Notes: generated from the letters alone by a model not told the origin. Numbered from the stretch's first letter, positions 14,501-26,502 are shown. The stretch is 64,000 nucleotides of DNA from Phoronis australis (GCA_002633005.1 NMRA01000035.1:959059-1023058), one strand, 5' to 3'. Translations and numbers: made by a program.

Positions 14501-17500
14501 TTTTGGCCTAATAAGATCATTTAATACATAAACGCAGTTGAGGCAATTATAAGAAATCAGGTTGACATTTATGTTGCTTTTAGTTTGAAGCCTTTCTTGA
14601 GTTGAGATTGATTATACACATTCTAGTGAATGTTGATTTTCCATTTTTCAGGCGAGCAAAAGTCGTGATGCCCTTGTACGAGCCCTGTACTGTCGGACTG
14701 TCAATGCAATTACTAAGAGGGCAAATAACTTAAAGAAGGTCCCTAGTCATTTCAAGCATGGAAGTAATGACTCTGAAGGTTTGTTTTGTTAACTACTTAA
14801 GGTTATGAAGGACCCCAGATTTGGCTATCTTTGGAACATCAGAAATGACATAGAATTCATACGGAACTTTCACACACTATACTTTATGCTTTGTTGTTTC
14901 TAAAATTTTCCGCTTTCGCACGAGGGGTTGTTAAAAATAGGACTTTAATGATTTCCATTAAAAAACTCAAAAAGTTGCATAAATTGATGTAAATTTGTTT
15001 ATAACTTTGATGACTTTGCATACATATCTTCATTTAGATACTTACTTTAGTCGTGATTACCTGGCCTCACGCAAGGACTCTTCTTGTCTGCCGATCCTCA
15101 AAGAAGGGCTGATTGGAATTGTGGACATGTTTGGCTTTGAAAACTGCAAGGTAAGCGGGTTCATATATTAGGCAGATGTCAAAAGCTATTACTACGCATA
15201 AAAAGTAAACCAATGTTTTTTTACGAATCTGACGCACTTTGTTATGAAGAGCAGCAGCTGAAAATGTTGGATTTTACTGATACCTTATGTGGGATGTAGG
15301 CTTTTAAGCTCTGTCGTAGGATTATGCTGTGTCTTAGGATTATAACAAAATACAAGTGACACCAGTCTCACTTAACGTTTTTAAAGGTGTTGTTTGCAAT
15401 TCTTTGTGATCTTTGGAGGACAAGTTAATTTTTTGTTTTCTTAAAGTTGCAATACTTTCGGACATATGCATAATAGTGTAGTTGTGTTTAATTTTTGTAG
15501 TTTTGGTATGTGGCACAAACAGTATGCTCCTTACACTCCATGATATTTTTATGTGTCAAGGTTTTGGCTGGTTTACCTGCTCACATTTCCTTGTGCTACC
15601 TTGTTACAGGTAAATCGTCTTGAGCAGGTATGCACCAACCTTTGTGCAGAGACGATGCAACACTTCTACAATGCTCATGTGTTCAAGAGTATCATGGAGT
15701 CCTATCAAGAGGATGACGTCCAGTGTGACACTGACGTGGAATATACTGATAACTCGGCCATCATCGAACTGATATCTGCGCAGGTTTGTTGCTAAGTAAC
15801 AGTTTATTATGTTTTTTGAAAACCTAACACGATATCAATTTTTGTTGTCTTTTGCACTACAAAAACTTGCGCTTGAGACTGACATCGTGGTGCGCATTAC
15901 ACAGTTTAATTCATTCTGAATGCTTTGGAAAATGTAGTGTTATTTTTATCATTCAAGTAATTAATGAATATTTTCTATAGGGATTCTAATTTTCTATAGC
16001 TTGCACATGTCATTTTGTGACTTGTATTCCGCATAGCGTGGAAATTGCTTGAATTGCAAGTTAAATTCATTCTTAGCTATTCCTATGACAACATTGGAGG
16101 CGCACCATAGGGGGTGGGTTGGTCTATAGCCCCCACGTATTTTAGTACTGCGCCGCCCATGGACAAGCTTTGAAAGTACCACATAACAATATTCAAATCA
16201 AGTTACAATGAATTGTAAAGTACATTTGTGTAAAATGATCAATGCCAACTTGCTTTATCAAAATGCTCTGAAATGTATTTCAAAACAAAGACTGGCTTTG
16301 ATATAAAGGAATAAGATGATATGTGTACGTTGAATATGCACTTTTGAGATTTTTTTAATAAAATGATTTTTAATTATTTTTTCCCTCATTTTTCTTCAGT
16401 ATTCTGGTATCTTGAGCCTCTTGGAGAGTGAAAGCCAACAGATGGGCAGTAGCTCGGAGCTCTACCTTGAGAGGGTCTGCACTCAGCATGCTGATAATCC
16501 CAGGTGAGAGTTCTTTATCTGTGCAGTCGTCACCTTGTTTGCGTTAAATGCCAATGATTATTAGTCAAAAAATTTTTTCATTGGTAGATGCTCGGCAAGT
16601 ATACTCACAGAATATTATAGTACCTTTCATTTATTAATTTAAAGTGGAAGTATTAGCGACAATGTTGTATGTTTAAGATCAGCCTCAAGAGAGATTTGAA
16701 CCCACAACTTCGGCGGTTGCTGTCTAGCACTTTGCCGATAGTGCTAAAAGCCAATGTCGCATGTAGCTGAATATTTTGTGTGTATTCAGGTGAAAAGGTC
16801 ACCAGCTTTGCTTTCAGTTAATTCTACTGAATGGTTGCAAGTTGTCAATTTCTTATAAAATCACAGAAACACAATTTCTTGTTGTTTTATAAGACTGGTC
16901 AAAGCTAATAACTTCAAGAAGTCTTTCCTACCCAACAATAATTTCAAAAATCCACATTTTTTGAGCCTGAAACTGATCTTGTCCCTTTAAGCAGTAAATT
17001 TTGCCATTAGTATTTCTTATCTCTAATTACACCTTTGAAAAATCTGATTCGTGTTACAAGATTTTGTCCATGTTTGAAAAATCTTCGAAATTGACAGAAT
17101 TTCAGTTCTTTAACATGTTTCTTTTTACCTTAAATTTGTTTTAATCTTTTACTTAAATGGTAAAATCGTGTTGTAATTTTGTTTCAGTTTCTTGCTGTCT
17201 AGTGGTGCGGATGCTGCTAGCTTCACCATCAAACACCATGGGACAAGTGTTGATTACAACACTGCAGACTTCATAGAGACCAACAAAGACGAGATCGGCG
17301 ATGATGTGATCAATATCTTTTCCAAGAAAACCTGTAACTTCGGATTTGTTTCTCACCTCTTCGCCTCAGAGTTGAAGTCAATGAATGGTACATCTAACTA
17401 CAAAATATTGTTCTATTGGAAATTTTCTTCCCCAAATATTTGCCATTTTTCAAAGTGTTCTTTTTGTCTATGGCTGATTTTGTGCCATTTTTAAACATCA

Positions 17501-20500
17501 CAGCTAGTTTTAAAAACTATGATATGTCATTTTTACTAAGATACTATAATGAATATCATTACTTCCATGAACAACTTATTTTATTGAACATTTTTTAATT
17601 TTACATAAATTTGTTTAATACTCAATTTATATTATACAGATGGTGGTGTTTCTCCTCAAGGCATTCACTACAGAATGTTTCCTGCAACTGGCCATGTGAA
17701 TAGTGGGTAAGTTTTTTTGTACTGTAAGTCCATAAGGCTATGTTGTGCTAATGAACGTCGAACCTAGAATTATGTTATATTAAGAACACATTCCTTGTAA
17801 TTTGAATAGCTGCTTTGAAACTTAAAATATATTTCTCATTTATTTAAATAAACACTGAATTCCTGAGGACTATACAATTTCTCCCTCAAAGTTCATGTAA
17901 AACATGTGATTAATTTTTGCGTCAAAGCCATGTTAAGAACGCTTTGTTAGGATGAAGTTCAAACCAATGAATGCAATATCTGTGTCCGTTATTACAGGTC
18001 TAAAGACGGTCGCTCCACCTTTTGCCAAGACTTTCACTCACGTCTTGATGTTCTATTGAAGACTCTGGTGCAGTCCAAGCCTCACTTCGTCCGTTGCATC
18101 CGTCCCAACACTGGTGGTCAGTCAGTAGTGTTTGACCGTGACACTGTTCTTAGACAGGTGCGGTCCCTCCAACTGTCTAATACAGTTCAGCTAATGGCTG
18201 GAGGTAGGTGAATCCACAGATCAACACCAGAACTCGCTGCAGATAACAAATATGTCCTTCATCGTCATCCAAAAGTTGATTAAAGAGATGACTGGATCGC
18301 CATGCACATGCTTAACTTACAGCATCTGCTGTGGTTGGTTGTTATATTATGCATTGTAGTACAGCTCTGTTGCTAGCCTAAAGAGTTTCATCATTCACAT
18401 AATATATAACTTTCTTAATCACATTTTTTTAGTTTTACTATGGAGGCATTCCTTTTAAGCAACTTAAATTGCCATTTTTATCTGGACTGTATGTTTTGTA
18501 AACTGAACTTTTTTGGTATGGCATGTTGGTGTTTGATACTATTATATACAACTATGAGATGAACTGATTGTAATGGTTTCTTCTTATGATAGCTACATTT
18601 GTCACTGCAACTTTATTTATTCTACCAGTTGGGGTTTTTGACTTGATCTTTAAATGATGTCCAAAAAATGGAATTTTTTTACTTGTGTAGAAATGTTCTA
18701 CATTTTAAATTGCTTTTTTATGTCAGAATTGACTTAATAAGAAACAGCCTGTCTATGTTTACAGGCAGCCATAACTTATAAATTTAAAAAGGCTAAATGA
18801 TGTGTTTCTAATGACATTTGCTCTTGCCAATAGGAATTCCAGTGAAAGAAAAATTCTCTTATCTCACCATTGGTCAACATGTTTTCAGGTTTCCCCCACA
18901 GGATGCGCTACAAGACATTCAACAACCGCTACAACTTCCTTTCTATTGGTCTGTTAAGACCAGGTGACCGTGCCCAGGAGGAATGTATGGTGGGTTACAA
19001 CTTTAACTCAGAGAACAGGATCCTACTGTTACTGTAGTTTTGCTTATCAAGTTTACTTAAGTCTTTGTAAAAATTTCATTGGTCCCAGTTATTGGCAGCT
19101 GAGCTCCTGTCTAGCCAGCAATTTTAAAATATGGCATATTCAAGAGGCCTTGGTATGTACTTTCTTAAAAGTTCTTTAAATGGAAAATGTACTCTGTAAA
19201 CTAGATCAACTGCAGGGTTATATTAGAGAAAGTCGTTTTATGCATGTTCTTGTGCTTTTTAGACCATTTTGGAACAATTTCTCCGTCTGATGGATGAAAA
19301 CAGTTTGCCGTACAGCAGTGCCACCTGGGCTTTAGGTCGAAAATACATCTTCCTCAGGTATGCATAGTGGTGAAGTACCTAAAAAAGAAAACTTTTCGTA
19401 ATGGGTACCATTGTTTTATTTGTTGCTTTTTGTTAGTACTTTGGGTGTGACCAAAGAACAGGGCCCGGTCTCCAATCTTTTTACTCGAAATGGAACTCGA
19501 AATTAGGTTTGGCATTTTCTACTCTAGTACTTTTAGGCGAACTCAAGATAAGTGTCGATTATTCTATGCTCGAGTACACAATAACTTAAGTAGATAATTT
19601 ATTGCCCTTAGTTCACAGTTTGTAAACCCAATATTAAAGCAATAAGTTCGAGTTTGAACAGGTGACCTTTGCACTAATGATGTACCTTGGGCGCTCACTT
19701 AGCCCACATCATGCAGTGTTATTCCCCAACACCACATCACGATACTTACTGGACACGGTTAAGTGATTTACGACGGATCATTTTCAACACAAAACTTGTT
19801 CTTAAAAATATTTGGCAATTTTCAACCTACTTTATATTCACAACTACTTTGACCAAGAAATTGCTGAGATAAGGAACTAGTGTGCATGTCCCACTTTAAT
19901 ATGCTCTCCTCATTCTACAGTGAAAATGCCCGTCAACAGTTTGAACACTTGAGAGGTGAGTGGCGGTTCATGGCCGCCACCAGAATACAGACATGTTGGC
20001 GTCGGTTTGTGGCAGTGTGTCAATGGCCAACTTTAAAGTCACAGATGAAAGCCAAACAAGTGCGAAGGTAATGAAAGAAGAGTATTATTCTGGGATTTGT
20101 CGAATTTTAATTATATTTAATCAGTTGTTTTCACACACAAGTGATTATCCAAAATGACATTTTTCATTTGTATCAAAAGCTGGCTACATGTCCCTTAAAG
20201 TGAAAATTCTAACATGTTTGGTGAGGATTATTATGAAAAACCTGTTGATTAATGAGAACTATGTTTTTCTTAAGAACAAATTCAGACAATCATTTGAGAA
20301 AATGAAATTTTCACTTTTCTGCAATCTTCTGCGTTTTCATCTCTAACTTTTAGAATATCTCAAGCAAGGAAGTATGGATTTCCTTTAAATCATGAAAAAA
20401 AATTATTGTCTTGCTCTGTTATCTCCATTTGCACTTTGATCTAGCTTTAAGTTATCTTGGAATAATGCTGTCTGGCGTAAATGGTCTGGATGGATTTTCA

Positions 20501-23500
20501 ATTTCAGGTTGGAGAATGCTAGAAAGCCACGTCAGTCTGTGACTGAACTGATTACACCCAAGCATGTCTATCCCAAACCAGCTGTTGGGGTGAGTAGAAA
20601 AAAAGGCATGCACGCGACTCTGATACCATACCTTTGTCTGTCAATAGACTTACTGTTTGTTTCATATGATATAAGTATGTAGATTTGGCCATCATTAAAA
20701 GTATTAACTTTTTTCACCTTTAACCTGTCCTCATTCTCTGAGGTCAGTAGGTTGCTCAGTAAATGAATTTTATTTTTTACTTTTTGTTGGTGGGATGTGC
20801 TCAATTTTGTTGCAAAAACACAGACTTCATTTCACAATTGTAATAAAAGTTCTTTTGTTAGATTGCGAATAAAATATTTTGAGTCACGTGCATCTTTTAC
20901 AGTCTGTTGTGCAAGGGAAAACGAACTTGGCTTAATTCATCTGTTCAGATTTTTTTCATTAGTTTGATAACTAAATGGCTTGGCAGATTGGATGTTCACC
21001 AAATGGTGCCTAAGAAAAAAGTTCTGTTTTTGTTCTCTAGTTAACAGATTAAAAATTGAAAGCAGTTTATTTGAATAGGGAAATTCATACGTAGGACTTC
21101 ATGAATGCATGCACATGAGCAGGTGAATAGTGGATTCAGTAGTGCCCCCTGGTGAATTTTTGGTGTCTCATGAATATGTTTACCATTTAATGAGTCTCAG
21201 ATCAAGATACAATAACTCTCTATTACTGATCTTTTTACATCAGATCTTCCTACCATTCCCTCAATGGAAAAGCTTGAAAAAATGCTTAGAGTGCGAGTTG
21301 GGGGGCAAACTGATTACAGCACATTTTTATTTGCAGATTGAAAAGTTTATGCATCGTAATTCGCGCTCAAACAGCCCAGCACAATTGACAAGTTCACCGT
21401 CCCCATTGAGGCGCTCTGCTGAAAAAAGTATCACCTCAGATCAAACTTCAAGTATATTGTCGCCAAAAACCTCTCAGCTGTCATCGCCATTAGTCGGTCA
21501 ACAGACGACCGTGATCCCTGAGCCTGTGAAAAGTAATTCTAAACCAGGATCTGAATCTCATCCGGAAGTGGCAAGGAGTGAGACACTATACAATAGTTTG
21601 AAGACAAGGCCTCCCCCTCCCCCAGTGCCACAGAAACCTGCCAACATGCCACCAAAGAAACCAGCCATGGAGGTGAAGCCCATGTCACACACCGACTATC
21701 TTCCTGCCCAGCCACTGCATGTTAAAAGCGAACACAAGGTGCCCCCATATGTGTATGATAAGCAGACCACTCCTACAGCTGGTTTGTCTTCTCATGACAT
21801 CCACGTTGGCTCCGAGTCTGTGAGAGACAACAGTGATTCACGCAATGTCACTCATTCTTATAATAACAATAACGAAAAAGACAGGTCGCATCCTCTCAGC
21901 AAAATGCCGACTAACCGAGCTGAAAATCGTACACAAAATCAAAATCACATGATGCCTTATCAAAGCCAGATGAACTCTAAAGTATCTGAAATTGATCACC
22001 ATGACAGGTTGTCTCATGATTTATCACCACCACATTCCAAATATACTCTTGACGGACCACGTGCTGTCAGTAAAATGTCGGTTCCTCATGGTCAAAACCA
22101 CACTGTACCTTACCAAAGTCAAACGACCACAAAAGCAGCAAGTGCTCTTGGTCATGACCAGCTGGCTCGGGAGAAACCATCACTGCATTCAAAACACAAA
22201 TCTCATCCAAAGTATTCACCTCCTGCAAATCAGCATTCTCATCAACCTGTACGAAATAATGGATCACCTGGTCAGCAGACATCGCCAGTACAGACTGTGC
22301 TGCCTCCTAGTGACGTACCACCTCCAATCCCTGGCCGCAGACCATACACCGTGAAGGGGAATTACAAAGTGGGTTATCCACAGACTCGAGTAATGAAAGA
22401 GAACTTTTCAGGTTTGTGTTTGGATGGTGTTGTCGTGAGTGATAGACAATGCAAAACATTCTTTTGCAGATTGTGTTCTTGGGAGACGATACCTTAGCAT
22501 TTGTATCAAACATTCTAAGGTCAAAGGGATTAGTATAATTAATTCTGGGTCTGTGCAATATTTTGGTGGATGAAATTTCTTTTTCCCACCGTCTATATCG
22601 TGAATTAGACGCAATTAAAACTTATGTCTTTAAATATTACGTGAGTTAGTCTTCATGCTGCATAATGGCAGATCTTGACATATAAATTAACTAGCTATAA
22701 AATGGCGAGTTAAAAGAACGCCCAAAAAACAAAAAATACACAGAATTCCAGTTAAAACAATTTGCACATACGTAAGGGGTAGCTGTCTGCACCTATAACT
22801 GAAGCTTAGGTGCATGCGCCTATGTACGAAACATTTGAGTAATTTTTTTTGAAAAATGGAAATATTTTGGATATAGACTCGTGATTCTAAGCATATCCAA
22901 GTACAGTAAAAGTCATGTTTTTACATCAGCTCCAAAGTAATAATTTCCTCTGTTGTGTTTCACAGTCCAGTTGGCAAAACTACAGTTTTTTGTCCTGTTC
23001 TCAAATTTAGTACAAATTATTCATCCCAGTGGGTATTTTATGTGAGTGCAGGAAGGTTCGCACGAAAGCAAAAGTTTTAACTTGTCAAACATGGTATTGG
23101 AACTTTGTTTTTGAAGATGAAAGAGGACAAATATTGATGAAAGGCGAAGAGGTTCAGGTTACAGGGGTGTCGCCCAGGAGGGGATACCTTGTTGTAGAGC
23201 GTAACAGATTGTCCATCTATGTACCGTACCACATCATGGAATTAAAGGTACTGTACAATTTGTCACATTACAGCCTAATTTAAATGACCCAATTCTTGTT
23301 ATAGTTTTTGCGCATTTCATTCAAGTCAAAATCATTTAAAATAATTAGCTCTGCATATGTAATGATACTGTGTCAGAAGAGCTACTGTGACTTGAGCTTG
23401 TGCATCTTTCTGAGAAAGTTAAACTTAAATACTCCTGCCCACCTGATCACTGTTGTTGGTCGATAATTAAGTTTGGCTATAGTAAATTGTCATTCAGTGT

Positions 23501-23711
23501 GAGCTAACTATATATCCCGCTTAATTTATTTTCAAGAGAGGAGTATAAGAATGTACATGTACTTGGTAACTAGTACTGTCTTTATAAGTATTTGATAACA
23601 GCAGGGCTGTCATAGTGAGAGTCTGTTGTTCAGTTCAGCTGGTAGTTTTGGTTAAATATAATATGCTCCATTCATAATCTCTTTCAGACAAGACCTAATT
23701 CAGGCATTTAA
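8374..23711 (+). CDS. dachs: Unconventional myosin Dachs (class XX-like), 22 coding exons, ~1213 aa
   Basis: join(8374-8517,9365-9528,9685-9859,10630-10704,11586-11670,12651-12757,13379-13505,14322-14440,14652-14778,15038-15150,15610-15783,16400-16503,17188-17387,17640-17706,17998-18203,18889-18989,19263-19357,19921-20067,20508-20589,21337-22411,23117-23247,23688-23711). All introns are GT..AG with matching phases; total 3642 nt. Motifs: GESGSGKT, DMFGFE, PHFVRCIRPN, IQ. Dachs-typical segments: GGGLATDTFKH, LGIPFSDVLRVLAAVLLLGN, CNFGFVSHLF, GYPQTRVMK. Confidence 0.9.
9365..9528 (+). CDS. dachs: dachs exon (TNVGPIVVSVNPQ...SQVIVM)
   Basis: tttcag acceptor, GTAAAC donor; myosin 'ilisvNP' motif. 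Confidence 0.88.
9685..9859 (+). CDS. dachs: dachs exon with P-loop and switch I (SGESGSGKT...NVESSRM)
   Basis: aacag acceptor, GTAGGA donor; frame continuous with neighbouring exons. Confidence 0.92.
10630..10704 (+). CDS. dachs: dachs exon (GSYIEVYLSGGVIHRAKTQYYFIDQ)
   Basis: ttgtag acceptor, GTACGT donor; 75 nt, phase 0-0. Confidence 0.88.
11586..11670 (+). CDS. dachs: dachs exon (NRVIRPQCIGSNFQIFYEMLAGL...)
   Basis: Myosin NxHIFY-like motif; tttcag acceptor, GTATCA donor. Confidence 0.9.
11797..11840 (-). ncRNA. Minimal type I hammerhead ribozyme motif (Penelope-type)
   Basis: Minus strand reads GCAC-CTGAAGA-tggctgg agaaatga ctgacc-GAAA-CA-TC-GTGC; stem I is GCAC/GTGC. Confidence 0.6.
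12651..12757 (+). CDS. dachs: dachs exon (VKFHLQPYSPESLIYLN...DAERFQSWK)
   Basis: tttttag acceptor, GTGGGG donor; phase 1-0 fits neighbours. Confidence 0.85.
12896..13086. repeat. Foldback/MITE with internal inverted sub-repeats
   Basis: Ends gtgctggctcaaatt / aatttgagcctgcac; internal ggctcaaattgacac and gtgtcagtttgag copies. Confidence 0.6.
13379..13505 (+). CDS. dachs: dachs exon (TALTTLGIPFSDVLRVLAAVLLLGNIQF...)
   Basis: cacag acceptor, GTAAGT donor; conserved LxxLGN motif. Confidence 0.92.
14322..14440 (+). CDS. dachs: dachs exon (EIKSVAALLGVSGVSLYRGLT...)
   Basis: ttgcag acceptor, GTATGG donor. Confidence 0.9.
14652..14778 (+). CDS. dachs: dachs exon (ASKSRDALVRALYCRTV...)
   Basis: tttcag acceptor, GTTTGT donor; myosin RDALxxxLY motif. 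Confidence 0.9.
15038..15150 (+). CDS. dachs: dachs exon with switch II (IGIVDMFGFENCK)
   Basis: catttag acceptor gives the correct phase; GTAAGC donor. Confidence 0.88.
15610..15783 (+). CDS. dachs: dachs exon, relay helix (VNRLEQVCTNLCAETMQHFYN...)
   Basis: tacag acceptor, GTTTGT donor. Confidence 0.92.
16400..16503 (+). CDS. dachs: dachs exon (YSGILSLLESES...QHADNP)
   Basis: ttcag acceptor, GTGAGA donor; GILxLL motif. Confidence 0.88.
16681..16751 (-). repeat. tRNA-derived SINE head or tRNA pseudogene
   Basis: Minus strand: A-box-like TAGCACTATCGG and B-box GGTTCAAATC; anticodon arm does not pair. Confidence 0.45.
17188..17387 (+). CDS. dachs: dachs exon (FTIKHHGTSVDYNTADFIETNKD...CNFGFVSHLF)
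   Basis: tttcag acceptor, GTACAT donor. Confidence 0.9.
17640..17706 (+). CDS. dachs: dachs exon (DGGVSPQGIHYRMFPATGHVNS)
   Basis: tacag acceptor, GTAAGT donor; required for phase 1-2 continuity. Confidence 0.8.
17998..18203 (+). CDS. dachs: dachs exon (DFHSRLDVLLKTLVQSKPHFVRCIRPN...LMAG)
   Basis: tacag acceptor, GTAGGT donor; canonical PHFVRCI motif. Confidence 0.93.
18889..18989 (+). CDS. dachs: dachs exon, converter (GFPHRMRYKTFNNRY...)
   Basis: tttcag acceptor, GTGGGT donor. Confidence 0.9.
19263..19357 (+). CDS. dachs: dachs exon (TILEQF...WALGRKYIFL)
   Basis: tttttag acceptor, GTATGC donor; converter GxTKIF-like motif. Confidence 0.9.
19921..20067 (+). CDS. dachs: dachs exon with IQ motif (AATRIQTCWRRF)
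   Basis: ctacag acceptor, GTAATG donor. Confidence 0.9.
20508..20589 (+). CDS. dachs: dachs exon (LENARKPRQSVTELITPKHVYPKPAVG)
   Basis: tttcag acceptor, GTGAGT donor; phase 2-0 bridge. Confidence 0.78.
21337..22411 (+). CDS. dachs: dachs large Pro/Ser/His-rich tail exon
   Basis: ttgcag acceptor, GTTTGT donor, inside the 455-aa ORF; ends PPPIPGRRPYTVKGNYKVGYPQTRVMKENFS. Confidence 0.87.
23117..23247 (+). CDS. dachs: dachs exon, SH3-like C-terminal domain (LMKGEEVQVTGVSPRRGYLVVE...VPYHIMELK)
   Basis: ttgaag acceptor, GTACTG donor; phase 1-0. Confidence 0.85.
23688..23711 (+). CDS. dachs: dachs terminal coding exon (TRPNSGI*)
   Basis: ctctttcag acceptor, then 7 codons and TAA. Confidence 0.65.
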   Translation, partial: TRPNSGI

Positions 23712-26502
23712 AGAGAAGCCGTATGAAGAATTTCTGCAGAGTTTAAAAGACTATTTCACCCTTTGGATTTGAACACTTCATTCAGCCTAGCAGTTCATTC
23801 ACAAGTTTCTAAAGCTGTGTGCCCTAGTCGAGGCGACAGAAATGTGATGGGCGACTCAAAATACACGAGGTCGCACTAGTGTTACAAGGCTCCTACTAAT
23901 ATAAATGGTTGAATCGTGGAAGTCGTGTGAAGTTGTTAGCCATGCGAACTGCTTTCTGCTCTATTCAGATGTTAAAGAGAGCTACCTTTATTTATTAGCA
24001 CCACTTAGTGTGAATACGGAGTAGCTTACTGTAGCGACCCTCTCATCATGAGGCAAAGACCGAATGTAGTAGAGTTCCATAAAGTGTCAAACTTTATACC
24101 TGACTGACAGATCCGTTTGCATGACTAAATGTGACTGCTGTAACGCAAAATTGGACTGCAAGAAGTGGTAACCAGCAGGGCCCTCCTGCAGGCTTACGCA
24201 ACACAAATTTAGGCCACCACAGGCAACGTGGTGGTTTCTCACTGTTTTGGTTGTAAACATAACTACTTATCCTCCAGTAATTGTAAGCTAACAAGACCAA
24301 TGGCTTAATTTCAACTGTTTACATAATTGCTGTGACACAGCAGCTTTTATTCTGTAGATTTGTGTATTTTTATAGCACATAGTGTTTAAAATCTGACGTG
24401 ATGCATTGTGTCTTCATTGCATTCCAGTAGACATACTTCTAGCACGGACTGTTGAAGTATACTTTTATATTATATACATGTTTTAGATACACAAAAAATG
24501 CAAATCTGTTTCCAAATTCTAGTCCATAAACTTCATGTTCATGACAGTGATTTGTAGTGTGGTATTTTGTAGACAAAGGTTTTTGAAGAATTTTAGTATT
24601 GATAGAAAGGTAGATAGACAGGTAGTGAATTTCAGTCATGTTTATAATATATGAAAAACACTTTATTGGTGTTAGCCAAAATACACCGTGTAGCAAAATC
24701 TCATCTCTGAAGTAATTGTACCATTACTTAAGATTAGTATCAATAAGTATGAATAACAAATCTTACACGATAACCACGATAGACTGTCATCAATGAAAGA
24801 GCCTACGCAACAGCTGTTACGGTAGTTAGCACTCAAAATGTTATAAAATTCAAGACCACATTATAAAGTGCCCACACCAGCGGGTTAATTAATCTGCAAT
24901 GAAAAATTACACTTAAAATGACTGCAAATCAAACATCTTCCAAACATCTTAAAAAATCAACATGGAAGCCTGGTGCTAGTCAACAAATCTACTTAAATTA
25001 CTACCCTGTTGGTAAACAAACAACAGCAAAACTCGCACAGGCTAGTTTGCAGTAAAATTTGAACATGCAAGTTTTACTGTAGAGTAGATGTTGACAAAAA
25101 TTTGTTTTACCTGCACGCTTCTCCTTGATGTCAACATAGACTTTTTACTAGTCAAAAAATCAGCCCACAATTAGGCTGATTTTGCCCAGCAGAAGTACCC
25201 GAGTGATACCTTCTTGTTTGACCTACACAATGACTATAATCATTTAAACATTACAATAATCTGTTTTTACAATAAAACAAACTCTAATCTTAATAAGTGA
25301 ATTGGTGTGCTAAAGACTCTACCTAAATAGGACTTTAAACATCAAAACAAAAATTTGAAAATAACTCACATCAGCCCATTTAAATTACTGACACAAGGTG
25401 ATATGTTTTGGCATAGTCACCTATCACACCAAAAACCCAATCAATTTGAAAAAAGAACACTTTCTCCCTATGTACTGGTAGCGCTGGTTAATGGCCAATT
25501 GGCCAGGGGAATGCACATTCCCAAGATTTCATTTTTTTACTTTTCAACTTCTACTAGGCACACGATTCCAGTACCTTGTGTACATTAAAATGAATTTTTA
25601 CTTTGTTTAGAGGCAGAAATACATCTCACTTGAAGTATAAAACGTGTCTTACCCTCAACCATATGTAAGGAGTAATTACATTAATTTCCTCGTATTTGTT
25701 CACTGGATTTTACTACTCTTTGGAATTGTGTCACAATTAAATAGGCAAGAGTCGCACACGTTAATCCTTTGGCACTTTGAACATAGGCTGTCGCTAAGAA
25801 CTAAATACTGCCAAACTCTACTCGGGCTTCTGCTTGAAAATCAACCAATCGCTTTGAGTGATACTTGAAAATTAACGTGAGCGTGCATCCCGATTAGTCA
25901 ACTTTCGTGTCCAGTCTTGCAGAGAAAATGGTGCTCTCCAAGTCGGAGCTAAATCAAAACATGAGCAATTTCAATACAACAACAGAAGCAATGACAGCTG
26001 AAACTAGAAACCTTGACCTTCTGTCTGAGTAAAAGGACTGCACAGTCTAAGTTATTTCATCAGAAAACCTAGATGTCCATGAATGAGAATGCGATCGTTA
26101 CAATGTCCCTTAACAAATCAGCAGATATTTTTGTATATGACCACTACATACAACAACTAATTTCAATCAGTAAATGTAACAATGAACAGTTTTTCTATAA
26201 ATTTAAAACCAGATATTTCATTAACTTAGAACATCCTACAAGCCAAAAGCAACCGGCCAAAATGCCATTTCCATGAAGGAGTTACAAAGGAATGAATGAC
26301 AATGACTCAGCATTGTGGCAGGATTCTAATTACAGAATATCCATTTCATCACGTTAACTTCTCAGTAAATTCCTTGATATTACTGCTCATGACAAGGCTA
26401 CTATCACGATCGATGAATTCAGACAGTGCGCAGTCGTCGTGATGATGAATCATTTCATTACTTTCAGTGTGTGCTGTACAAATTACTATCGTGTGCTGCC
26501 CG

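Noticed and set aside
21130-22497. 455-aa ORF as a standalone gene
   Set aside because: Its core is the dachs tail exon; both flanks are intronic read-through.
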